The notes below the pieces were generated by a model. It was not told the DNA's origin, did not search any database, and saw only the letters and a program-made list of their open reading frames with translations. A program made the translations under genes and the position numbers. 64,000 nucleotides of DNA from Macrostomum lignano (taxonomy: Eukaryota): positions 372,001 through 436,000 of the forward strand of contig NIVC01000507.1 of NCBI GenBank assembly GCA_002269645.1, written 5' to 3'. Numbering within the stretch: the first letter of the stretch is position 1; every line of letters starts with the position of its first letter. This document shows, in pieces, positions 24,801 to 36,525 of the stretch.

Positions 24801-27800
24801 CTAGATGATGGTATACAAGTGGTTTGGCTGATTTTGTTCTTGCTGCCTGGAGCTGGATGATGACAAATGCAAAGGCCATCCAAATTTGGCCATTACAAAT
24901 GCAACAATGGTCAGTGTCCAAAAACTGCTTGATAAAGATTAATAAGTGACTATTTGCAAAATGGAGAAACATGTTAGGATTTTGGATTCAAGCCCCATTT
25001 CTATCTTGCATGATCATCTGGGCATGAGAAAAGTGTCTGCGCGCTAGGTGTCCCACCACTTAAACTTGACCCAAATGCAAGCTTGTGTTGAGTTTGTCAA
25101 ACTTCATCCTCAACAAATTCAATGCAAGGGCTTCAAATTGATGGACAATATCCCAGGGTTTTTTGTGCAAAATTTGTATTCCTGCGACATTTTTTTCAAA
25201 TGGCACAAATTATTTGAAGGCTAGATGCTACTTTGGCACATATTAATTTTCAATTTAGCATATCCTCTTTTTTGATTTTTGAGTTTTAAATGTTGAAAAC
25301 TTTTTTATTTTTATTTCAATTTTTCATTTATTTCTTTTTTGTTTGCTTATATACATTTTGTGACAAATGTAATTAAAACCATTTTAAATGCATGTCAAGT
25401 AAACAATTTAAAAAAAATTTCATGGGCACATTGAGTTTCAAAATGACACAAGTTTTTTAGTCAAGGTGCCATATAGCACATGTTTTCAAATGAAAAATGC
25501 CCTGACAATATCCTGACAGGCCCTATTAGAATAAATGTTAAAAACCCGCAGACGCGCACTTCAGAAAAGAGTCAAACTATTTTACCGCGCTTTAGGATTA
25601 TTAGAGATGTTCCAAAAGATCTGCAGTTTCATCGAAAGCAAAATTCGCTAACTTTCCAAAATCAAAATTGAAATTTCCCGAAATCATAATTCAGAAAAAC
25701 AAGTTTAGTATGAGGAACACACTTCTTTACTTTCAATTTACTGCTTAAGCAAAAAGTAATACATGTATATGTAGTAGAAAGTAGTTTTATTTTTAGCGAC
25801 TTTTTAGACACTACCAAAATTTTCACTTCTAAATTTTTTTTTCAAAATTGAAAATTGCTCTAAAAATTTCAAATTTTGGAAAATTGAAATTGAATTTTCG
25901 GAACATCTCTAAGCTTAATAAATAACAAGTGTATAAGCCCCTTCAACAGAGGTATTATACCCATTTCCATGTATATGTATTTGCTAGAGCAGCAGCCAGT
26001 AAGAAAGGGCAGCGCGCAGGCGATGCGCCTGTGTGCGCACTGCGCTTTAGAAAAATTTCAAATGTGCGCTGGACACTGTCCACTGTTTTACAACTTTTTC
26101 CTATAGGGCTGACAGGAGATGAAATTTGGATTTACTTTTATGACCCAGAGACAAAATCCCAGAGTAGGCAGTGGATTGCCTTCAAAGAGGACGCCCCTAT
26201 CAAATTCCTACATGAGAGAAGTGTTAGCAAGGTCATGACAGCAGTCTTCTTCTAGCAGTGTGGCATCCTGCTGCCCATTCTACTCAAGGAAGGTGCCACA
26301 GTGACTGGTCACTGGTACTCAAGTGTCTGCTTGCCCTAGGTGCTAGAGTTCCTCTGTCAAGAGCAGCCAAAGAGCAGACCATGCCATTCTCTTGCACTAT
26401 AACAACACTCTAGCTCACCAAGCTAGGGTGACACAGGAGTTTCTGGCATCAACTCAGCTGACTCTGCTGCCATATCTAGCCTACTCACCCGACCTTGCTC
26501 TAGCTGACTTCTCTTTTTGAAGATCAAGCAGAATCTTAAGGGAAAGTGCTTTGACTCATGCAAGGAGCTTGAAGAGGCATTGAAAGCAGAGCTAGAAGCA
26601 GTCACTCAGGTGGAATTGAAAGACTGTTTTGCAGCATGGTTTCATAGGATGCAGAAATGCATCAATCTTTTTACCAAAAAAGATCTTGCTACCAAAAAAG
26701 CTACTTAGAATGTTACCAGAAAGCTGCTTAGAATGCTACCACAAAGCTACTTAGAATGCTACCAGAATGCTACTTAGAATGTTACCAGAAAGCTACTTAA
26801 AATGCTACCAGAAAGCTACTTAGAATGCTACCACAAAGCTACTTAGAATGCTACCAGAAAGCTACTCAAAATGCTACTAAAGAGCTACTAAAAATGCTAC
26901 TAGAAAGCTACTTAGAATGCTACCAGAATGCTTACTTAGAATTCTACTAGAATGCTACCACAAAGCTACTTAGAATGCTACCACAAAGCTACTTAGAATG
27001 CTACCACAAAGCAACTTAGAATGCTACCACAAAGCTACTTAGAATGCTACCAGAAAGCTACTCAAAATGCTACTAAAGAGCTACTAAAAATGCTACTAGA
27101 AAGCTACTTAGAATGCTACCAGAATGCTACTAGAATGCTACCACAAAGCTACTTAGAATGCTACCACAAAGCTACTTAGAATGCTACCACAAAGCTACTT
27201 AGAATGCTACCACAAAGCTACTTAAAATGCTACCACAAAGCTACTTAGAATGCTACCACAAAGCTACTTAGAATGCTACCAGAATGCTACCACAAAGCTA
27301 CTTAGAATGCTACCAGAAAGCTACTTAGAATGCTACCACAAAACAACTTAGAATGCTACCAGAAAGCTACTTAAAATGCTACCACAAAGCTACTTAAAAT
27401 GCTACCAAAAAGCTACTTAGAATGCTACCAGAAAGCTACTTAAAATGCTACCAAAAAGCTACTTAGAATGCTACCAGAAAGCTACTTAAAATGCTACTAG
27501 AGAGCTACTTAGAATGCTACCAGAAAGCTACTTAGAATGCTATCAGAGAGCTACTTAGAATGCTACCAGAGAGCTACTTAGAATGCTACCAGAAAGCTAC
27601 TTAGAATGCTATCAGAGAGCTACTTAGAATGCTACTAGAACATTACTTAGAATGCTACCAGAATGCTATCAGACTTATTTGAAGAAGAAATATTGTAAAA
27701 TACAGCAGTAGGATTAATAAAAGAGAATTTTAGAACTAGTACAACTTGGTGGCATTGGTAAAATAGTTTTTAGAAGATAGAACAGTTAGCCCTACTATAG

Positions 27801-30800
27801 CTAGTGGCATCACTGGGATATTGTTAAGAAGGAAATAAGCCCTAGGACAACTTTGGTACCATCGGTGGGATTATTCTAGAGGGCAGAAGCAAGCAACCCC
27901 TAGGATACAATAATGTTAAAATATGCATGGTTTTTTATTAGAATGAAAAAAAAAATTTTGTTACTGACTTTTTGTTATACAGCTTAAACAAAAATCAAGT
28001 TTGCCATCCCTCTGGACCATCAAGATAGACAACAATTCTGCCAGGTCAGATTTTTCCTGTAACTGCTAGTTCAATAAACCCTAGTATATCCCACAGATAC
28101 TAAAATAACTAGACAAGCCACTTAGCACATTTGTATACAAGCAAATTTCAGTTCAGTATTAAGTTGAACAAGCATTGTAATGTATTTTAAAGACAACGCT
28201 CATTTATTTACCCCCAAGCTTCCTTTCAACTCCATACAAAACCTCCACCCCTACCCTGCCATCCAAATTTTCTTACCTTCCTCAGTTCTAGTCTAGATCT
28301 GCCTTGTACATTTCAATGGCTAATGTACATTATGGATGAACCAATTAGCAAGCTGTTTATGTCTGCAAGCTTGGGCTTCTAAACTTATCAAAGTAATCTC
28401 AGCTGCCTTTATTCTTAAAAAAAATAGCTTCTGTATTCTTCTTTGCTACTGAACTGAAAGTAGAAGGCTGTTTTTGCTAAGTATTGAATATGTGCTTGAG
28501 TGGCCCATCTAGTTATTCTAGTATCTGTAGGATATATCCTTGTATACTTTGCCTCAGAGGACCCTTGCCAACCATCAAATTTCATCAGCACATTGAGGCA
28601 TTTCTAAATCACGCTCTAACTTAGTCAATGCCCTTCACCTAGGCATGCTTCTAAACTTTCAACAGGTAGCACAAGGTAACTATAGACATGTGTGCGCATT
28701 GTAAATTTCTCTGATTTATTTTATCAAGCCTTGATAGTAAGGCAAGCCTCAATTTTTAATATAATCAATTAATCTTTTAAGCACTGTCTTTATCTCGCAC
28801 TATTAGCTCCTTCAATGAGGTAATACCAAGCAACTATAAACATAGCAAGTGAAACAATGGTTATGAACAAATGGCAAAAGTTGGACATGATCAATAAAAA
28901 GTTAATGAAAATAAACTAAAAAACTAATTTCTTTGGTTTGCTCAGATGATATAAAATATAATGGCAGCCTTCTTAGCCTGCTGTGTATACCTTTGAGTAC
29001 ACTGTTGTAATCTAAGGATACCATGTGGGAGCCAAAGCTGTTACACATGCTACAAGTTTTAAATTTTATATTATCATAGATTAAATTTGATTGTATTAAA
29101 TCTTCATAGATTTTATAAGTCCTGTATAGGATCTATAAAATAAAAAGTTGATTTAAGGTGGGATTCTAATCCCCAAAAATGTTGATCCTGCCTTGAACTT
29201 TGATAAAAACTTGCTACTATATATTTTTTTGTTTAAAACAGGCAGAAAATGCGATCTGAAATGGCCAAACTAATCAATACAAACTGTGACGAACTGCTGG
29301 GCATCTGGCGCAGAATGGGCATGACTACCCAATTCCAATTGGAGTCACGGCTGCCAGTGATCCTTGGCTGGGTGTCCGATCTCATGGTTGACATGGTCCG
29401 CGGCGAGGCCATCGAAGAGATGGCTCTGTCAGATTCTGTTACTAATAAGTTAGCGGCCGCTCGTCAGTTGCACTCGGAGCTATTAGCGGAATTGTCGGTT
29501 GCTACGGCTGGGGCTGAGCGAGCCGCGATGACAGCGGAACTGACTAATCTAACTCCAGATAGGATTATTGACGAACAGTGCGGCCTTATACAGCGGGAAC
29601 AATTGTTGAATCAATTTACTGGCAAGTTGCATACGATGCGTTTGAGATTGGCGCTATTGTGTACGATTGCTCAGATGCGTACTCTGTGGCGTAGACTGCA
29701 GATTGACAGGTTGGTTCACTTCAACTTTCGTTTGAAGTATACTAATATTAGGAAGGCAATAAAAGACCTAGGTGTAGGGAGGGAAAGGAGTGGGCTACGG
29801 TAGGCAGAGGAATTGTGTAAGGGTAGGGAGAGGATCTGAGTAGGGTAGGGAGAGGATCTGAGTAGGGTAGGGAGAGGATCTGAGTAGGGTAGGGAGAGGA
29901 TCTGAGTAGGGTAGGGAAAGGATCTGAGTAGGGTAGGGAGAGGATCTGAGTAGGGTAGGGACCTCAGTAGGGTAGATAAAGGATCTGAGTAGGGTAGGGA
30001 GAGGATTTGAGTAGGGTAGGGAGAGGATCTGAGTAGGGTAGGGAGAGGATCTGAGTAGGGTAGGGATCTCAGTAGTGTAGATAAATGATCTGAGTAGGGT
30101 AAGGGAGAGGATTTGAGTAGGGTAGGGATCTCAGTAGGGTAGATAAATGATCTGAGTAGGGTAGGGAGAGGATCTAAGTAGGGTAGGGAGAGGATCTGAG
30201 TAGGGTAGGGAGAGGATCTGAGTAGGGTAGGGATCTGAGTAGGGTAGGGATCTGAGTAGGGAGATCGGAGTTAACTAGGGAGATAAAATGGGTACGGATA
30301 GGGATCGGAGAACAGTAGACAGCTGGGCAGATAGTATACCCTACTAAGGCCCGGCACTTGTTAACCAAATCGCTGCAGTCCAGACGCCGGGCGGCAGTAC
30401 TGGGAGAGCCTGGCCGCCAGCCAGGCGCCAACGCATGACACCCTGCGCCGCATGGAGGCTGAGCTGTCCAGACTGCGCCAGCTTGTTGTGCCGAAATTGC
30501 GCGAATGCATCGCCGATTGTCGCCGTGAAATCATCGAACTTTGCGATCGTTGCTTGGCGGCGCCGTCCGAACTGGACCAGCTGCGGCCTCTGCTGGATTC
30601 GCAGGACTGGACAGAGGAGCTGCTGGATCGGCACGAGGCCGAGGCTGCGCGACTTCGCCAGCGGTTCGATCGGCACTCGGATTTTTACACCTGCGTAGCT
30701 GACTGGCAGGTGAGGCTGGGGTTTGATTGGCTCTGCGATGCCTCTGTTAGTTTGTCAATTAGTTAGTTAGTCAGTTAGTTAGTTAGTAAAATAGTTAGAC

Positions 30801-30807
30801 AGTTAGT

Positions 30808-30838
<31 letters not shown>

Positions 30839-30843
30839 TTAGC

Positions 30844-30875
<32 letters not shown>

Positions 30876-31065
30876 GGTTAGTTAGTTAGTTAGTTGGTTA
30901 GTTAGTTAGTTAGTTAGTTAGTAAAATAGTTAGACAGTTAGTTGGTTAGTTAATTGGTTAGTTATTTAGTTAGTTAGTTAGTTAGTTAGTTAGTTGGTTA
31001 GTTAGTCAGTTAGTTAGTTAGTAAAATAGTTAGACAGTTAGTTGGTTAGTTAGTTGGTTAGTTAT

Positions 31066-31114
<49 letters not shown>

Positions 31115-31173
31115 CAGTTAGTTAGTTAGTAAAATAGTTAGACAGTTAGTTGGTTAGTTAGTTGGTTAGTTAT

Positions 31174-31211
<38 letters not shown>

Positions 31212-31267
31212 GGTTAGTTAGTTAGTTAGTTAGTTAGTTAGTCAGTTAGTCAGTCAGTCAGTCAGTC

Positions 31268-31302
<35 letters not shown>

Positions 31303-31379
31303 CAGTTATTCAGTCAGTTAGTTAGTTAGTTATTAGTTAGTTAGTTAGTCAGTCAGTCAGTTAATCAGTCAGTTAGATG

Positions 31380-31421
<42 letters not shown>

Positions 31422-31458
31422 CAGTTAGTTAGTCAGTCAGTCAGTTAGTTAGTTAGTC

Positions 31459-31509
<51 letters not shown>

Positions 31510-32418
31510 AGTGAGTTAGTTAGTTAGTTAGTCAGTAGGAGTAGTATAACTAGCAACTTTAATCGCATAGCAACCGTGCGCCCCATCCAGGCGGGCTGGA
31601 ACAGTCTCCAGACTCTGCTGCAGCGCCTGAAAGACCCAGCCGTTCTGAACAACCGCGGTGGCGTGCTGCTTCGACTTGAACGCGAGAAAAACGAGCCCAG
31701 ACTGTGCTGACTGCTAAGGAGGCCGAACTGGTCAATCTGGCCGCTTCCGCAGCTGGCCAGTCCAGCCCACTGACTGTCCGCGGTCAAGCTGTCGAGGACT
31801 TCCTGTCAACCGAGAAGCATCGCGCTCAAGCTGAGAAAGAGAACGAAGCTAAGCGTCGGATGGAGAAGCACGAGACAACGCTGCGACGTGAGCTGCAATT
31901 TGGCTCGAAGCCGGCCAGCCCGCTGCAGCGTCGGGTCATTCACAATTCCAGCAGGATGGTGTGCAAGGTAAGCAAAGTAAAAATTCCTGTTAGTAGATTA
32001 CGAGGCAACATAGTCATAGTTACTCCTGTTTACCTAAAATTTTGTCTTGATAAGCTGGCGAGGCGTTTTATGTTTATCAGATAGTCATAGTTACTCCCAC
32101 TGTTTACCCATACTTTTATGTGCTACCACAAACGTTCTCCAACAGTAGTTCCTCCGATGGAACTTAATACGAGTATAAAGAGCTAAAATATCCCACGCCT
32201 CGAATTCCATTCAATTAATCCCTCTAGACCCCTGCAACGCCAGCCTCTGCGATGAAGAGCACCCCGATTGGCAAAACCTCGGCCAATTATTCAGCCGCGT
32301 CGGCCGCTAAGTCTGTCGGCCGGCCGCATCTGTTGCGAACTCCCGCAGCTCACGCTGGCGGATCCGCTTTTAAAAAGCTGACTCCGGTAATCCCCTGGTG
32401 TAGTGGTAGTAGCAGTGT

Positions 32419-32484
<66 letters not shown>

Positions 32485-32559
32485 TAGTAGTAGTGGTAGT
32501 AGTTGTAATGATATTGGTAGAGGTAGTAGTATAAGTAGTAGTAGGTAGTAGTAGTAGTT

Positions 32560-32591
<32 letters not shown>

Positions 32592-34352
32592 TGTACTTCT
32601 AGTACTAGTAGTGGTGGTGGTCGTGGTGGTAGTAGTAGTATTAGTAAAATAGTTGTATATTGACACTAGCATTCTTTGTCGTTGTGGTCGTAGTAGCTTT
32701 TATAGTAGTGCTTTCTGTAGAGTAAATCGAAGCTTGCTACTAACAATAGTAAATAGCACCGCTCTTGTCTGTGGTTGTGCACGCATTTGAGCACTGCTTC
32801 GGCTGCTGTCCTTTGTGTCCGCTTTCCCGCACGCTTATTCATAATTTTTTCGTTTGTCACGCTAATATTATTTGTATATTTCAAGTATTTAAATTGATAA
32901 CTACTAATACATGTTAATAATCTTTAACATATAAAAACTTTAACTTAATCCATTCCAATCAGGCTGTACCGTCAGGTTCAGATAATCAGGTATATTTTTA
33001 ATGTAATTTAATTAGTTTTTATTACTGTAGATCATTACTGGTTCGGTGAGTTGGTTATTTGGTAATTTAGTGACTTTTTGTTCATCATTATCTTATGTTG
33101 GTGATGGTTTCTAATTTTTTTCGTGTGTTTCAATCTCTAACTACAATAATCCTTTATCCTCATATTTAAACACCTTTTTTAATTTTCAGAGCAAAATTGG
33201 CTGCACTGGAGGTCGCGTTGACAAGGTGAGACATGCTGAGATTCAGGTGTGAGACATGCTGAGATTCAGGTGTGAGACATGCTGAGATTCAGGTGTGAGA
33301 CAAGCTGTGATTCAGATGTGAGACATGCTGAGATTCAGGTGTGAGACATGTTGAGATTCAGGTTCAGGTGTGAGACATGTTAAGATTCAGGTGTGAGACC
33401 TGCTGAGATTCAGGTTCAGGTGTGAGACATGTTAAGATTCAGGTGTGAGACCTGCTGAGATTCAGGTGTGAGATACAGGTGTAAAATACAGTGAGATACA
33501 AGTGTAAAATACAGTGAGATTCAGGTGTGAGACTTGAGATTCAGGTGTGAGACCTGCTGAGATTCAGGTGTGAGACCTGCTGAGATTCAGGTGTGAGACA
33601 TGCTGTGATTAAGGTGTGAGACATGCTGTGATTCAGGTGTGAGACATGCTGAGATTCAGGTGTGAGATACAGGTGTAAAATACAGTGAGATTCAGGTGTG
33701 AGATACAGGTGTAAAATACAGTGAGATTCAGGTGTGAGACCTGAGATTCAGGTGTGAGACATGCTGAAATTCAGGTGTGAGACATGCTGTGATTCAGATG
33801 TGAGACATGCTGAGATTCAGGTGTGAGACATGTTGAGATTCAGGTGTGAGACATGTTGAGATTCAGGTTCAGGTGTGATACATGTTAAGATTCAGGTGCG
33901 AGACCTGCTGAGATTCAGGCGTGAGACATGCTGAGATTCAGGCGTGAGACGCGCAGACAAACTCCCATTCACCGTCCATCCCGCAGCTGAAATCGGGAAA
34001 ATCCTCGGCTGCCCAGGCCACCGCTCAGAAGTTGCTCCGTCGATCATTGAAGCGCTACCAGCAGGTGGCTCAACAACAGGACGGCGGCTCCGTGCTCAAA
34101 GACCTACCCGAGAAGGCCATCCAGCATCAGCAGCATCATCATTATAATCCGCTATTCCAGCCTCACGATGTCAGCATCAGCAGCTCCTATTCAGCATTTC
34201 AGTCTGGAGTTGGATTCCGAAGCAGCAGTGTGCTGCCCCCGTCCGCAGTCTCTGCCGCTGCCGGCGGGCCAATCAGTAGTGGCGGCAACTTCAAAGGGCC
34301 CAGATCCCAGTGCGACAGCGGCTTAAGCTCTCTGGCCAATCAGCAGTACTGA
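18832..34352 (+). CDS. PRC1: PRC1/Ase1/MAP65-family microtubule bundler; frameshift at 31687-31691
   Basis: Phase-consistent exons 18832-18851, 29242-29709, 30379-30709, 31591-31967, 32228-32386, 33190-33225 and 33957-34352. Motifs LGIWRRMG, LWRRLQI, DWTEELLDRHEAEAARL, KDPAVLNNRGGVLL and SISSSYSAF. Exon 1 is less certain. Confidence 0.8.
19190..21712. mobile_element. Non-autonomous TIR element, TIR RGCATTCCTTYGGTTTACGATC, 8-bp TSD ATAAGTAC; superfamily unresolved
   Basis: TSD at 19182-19189 and 21713-21720; internal ~120-bp and ~200-bp tandem units at 20690-21510 that include TIR-like motifs. Confidence 0.85.
19466..20678. mobile_element. Non-autonomous hAT-like element, TAGTGATGG...CCATCACAA, 8-bp TSD ATATCCAC
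   Basis: TSD at 19458-19465 and 20679-20686; subterminal attcgg repeats at both ends. Confidence 0.85.
22206..22800. mobile_element. MITE, 17-bp TIR CCCACACTCAGGAAGGT, apparent 6-bp TSD CCATAA
   Basis: TIRs at 22206-22222 and 22784-22800; CCATAA at 22200-22205 and 22801-22806. Confidence 0.8.
22928..23217. mobile_element. MITE-like foldback with ~55-bp imperfect TIRs
   Basis: cttaataagactgtcata...tttacccaaa...gcattaatt is inverted at 23162-23217; TSD not resolved. Confidence 0.6.
25154..25504. mobile_element. MITE CAGGG...CCCTG with 9-bp (or 8-bp) TSD ACAATATCC, inserted in the mariner
   Basis: Duplication at 25145-25153 and 25505-25513; removing it restores the MDNIL codons. Confidence 0.8.
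25521..26108. mobile_element. MITE CCCTAT...ATAGGG with 8-bp TSD CTGACAGG, inserted in the mariner
   Basis: TSD at 25513-25520 and 26109-26116; removing it restores LTGDE. Confidence 0.85.
26690..27670. repeat. Minisatellite, ~23-bp unit gctacttagaatgctaccagaaa
   Basis: About 40 variant units directly after the mariner ORF end. Confidence 0.95.
29815..30262. repeat. G-rich minisatellite, 22-bp unit gagtagggtagggagaggatct
   Basis: About 20 units in PRC1 intron 2. Confidence 0.95.
30765..31532. repeat. (TTAG)n microsatellite with tcag/ttgg variants
   Basis: About 190 tetramers filling PRC1 intron 3. Confidence 0.97.
32400..32645. repeat. (GTA)n microsatellite
   Basis: Source of the poly-Ser, poly-Thr and poly-Tyr ORFs; intronic. 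Confidence 0.97.
33226..33950. repeat. Minisatellite, 23-bp unit gtgagacatgctgagattcaggt, making up a whole intron
   Basis: The array starts at the donor GTGAGA (33226) and ends just before the acceptor at 33956. Confidence 0.93.
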
Positions 34353-36525
34353 GCTGAATTTGATTCAATTAACTATCAATCTAACCGGCCCTGTATGTCA
34401 AATTATTTAAATTGTTTGTAAATAATATTTTGCACTGCCTACTTAATAGTAGCGCAAATCCACTATAATTTAGCTATTTTTTCTTTAGTATCATTTCTCT
34501 ATTATACTACTGACACAGGCGCATTTAACTAAAATAATAATTATTAGCAGCAGTTGTCCATCAGTTGAAGTGCTAATTGGCCATTTTTTGTTTTTAATTT
34601 TTGATAGGAAACAATGGACACTCTTATTTTTGCTAAATTCTTAATCTGGTGCTTTGGCAGGTACTGCATTTTTACTCCTTTGTAATTTACAGGTGTCGCT
34701 TTTATTTTAGCGCAGGCAATTCATTTTATTCATTCATTGCAATGCTAATAAGCATGATTTATATTTATGCTACTAATCCTTAATTATATATTATTTTATT
34801 TTGTAACAATACTGCCATATTCTTTAATTAACTACTCGCAGTAGTAGGAGTTCAAATTGACACTATTAATTAAGTTGCTTCATTTTTGCCTAAATATTTT
34901 CTACTTATACTACTACTAAAAGGATGTGTCAGTGAAAAATAAACTGATGTTAACAAAAAATTCTTTATAAAAATTGTCCAAAGCGCTGCGTGGACTGACT
35001 ACTTATCATAGTAGCATAATCAACAGCAGAGATATCTATTGAGTCTGAATGATAGCCTTATGATTATTTACATAGCTTATACAGTCACATTAGTAAGCTA
35101 TTCAGTTAGTGCAAAAGTACTTCATTGTCTGTACATTAAACTCCGAGATAACTTACCTAATGTACTTTGATTTGTGAACTCAATTAGTTTAATTAAATAC
35201 AACTCCGTTCAGAGTAGCCGAAGTGAGTTCAAAGTCTAAAGGTGCTAAAACTGCCCCAGATTACACTGGCAATTAAAATTCCGAAACCGGCAAAAGAAAA
35301 GTTAAAAAAACAATTTTCGAACAATTATGAATTTGATAATAGAGCGAAATTGCGCACACGCGATTGACCGCGCTGTGTAACGCCAATCAATCAATCAGTC
35401 TACATTAAACTACTGCAAGCGCGTTTTTATCAAGAGAGTTGATTTATTTTCATTTTTGTCAATTCTTAGTTTACTTCGACCAGCACCCGACACCGAATAA
35501 TAATGCGGCGATCAGATCCGGGAACGGGTGCTACTCATAGTAGGATAAAACCAGCGGCTTTTATTGACAGTAAATAATTAAATTTGTTTGCTTACATTGA
35601 ATAGGCGAAATGAAATATTGTGTTGAGAGGCAATCTCTGGTTGCAACTTGACATTCTGACTGACAAGATAATAAATAGTTTTTTGTGGGATTTATTTACC
35701 AAATACCTTTGATAAGAGTTAGGAGAGTTTCATATTAGTAACAATAGATACAATGATTACACTTAAAAACATACAGTAGACTGTAAATCTGGTATGAATA
35801 TTATGTTAGATATTTGCTCAAACTTAATTCACAGGCTGACTTTACAAAGCGAGGTTAGTGGCAGAATATAATAATGATAATAATAATTACTCCACATAGC
35901 TTTAGATGTTCGAATTTTGAAGAAAAATTAGAGGTCAGATCAGGCCGGTGCCTCCGAAGGAAAGGCACTGGTTTTGCATTATGGATAGATTGTTATTAAG
36001 CTTTAGAATTCACTTCAAAAGGTTGGGTTTATCTTATCTGTAACTTACTGTTTCAATTTTCTTTCCGAGAGAAAAAAGTAGAAGAAAAGCAAAACTAGGC
36101 GGCAGAGGACCTCAATAGGAAACCAGAAGCAGAGATTAACAGAGAGAGAGTAGGGAAGCATTAGTTATTATCATTATTATTAATGTATATACTAAATCTA
36201 TAAATTCTCAACTCAAAGTCACATTTAAAGAGTAAACATATGACGCTGGTACAGGTAAATTATAATATTAATAAGTTAATACAATGAAATTGAAACGACA
36301 GTAAACGAGACTGCATTAACACACAAAAAACAATATAGTTTTTTAAGGACAAAGAAGGTCAGTGAACAGATGCGTGGGTTTTAGTAGTTAGATTAGATTA
36401 TATATAAAGCGATAACCCTTGTCTTGAACAAGCCTACAGATGACTCCCTTTAAAAATGCCCCCCCCCTCGCGTCACAATCTAAGTCTCTAGCACGCACCG
36501 TCTCTCAACTGTGCTCAACTTGTGC

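Larger units (their letters stand above)
24667..26665 (+). mobile_element. Decayed mariner (DD34D-type) with multiple stops, two internal insertions and a lost 3' end
   Basis: TA+caagggttgtttaataag TIR. Fragments QFRLGQSASECLQ, MVYKWF, LHDHLGMRKVSAR, LTGDEIWIYFYDPETKSQSRQW, YSPDLA.ADF and IKQNLKGKCF. Confidence 0.9.

Noticed and set aside
30765-31532. (TTAG)n as telomeric repeat
   Set aside because: A tetramer, not TTAGGG or TTAGG, and it is intronic.
32252-32672. Poly-Ser, poly-Thr and poly-Tyr ORFs
   Set aside because: (GTA)n intronic microsatellite; the donor is at 32387.
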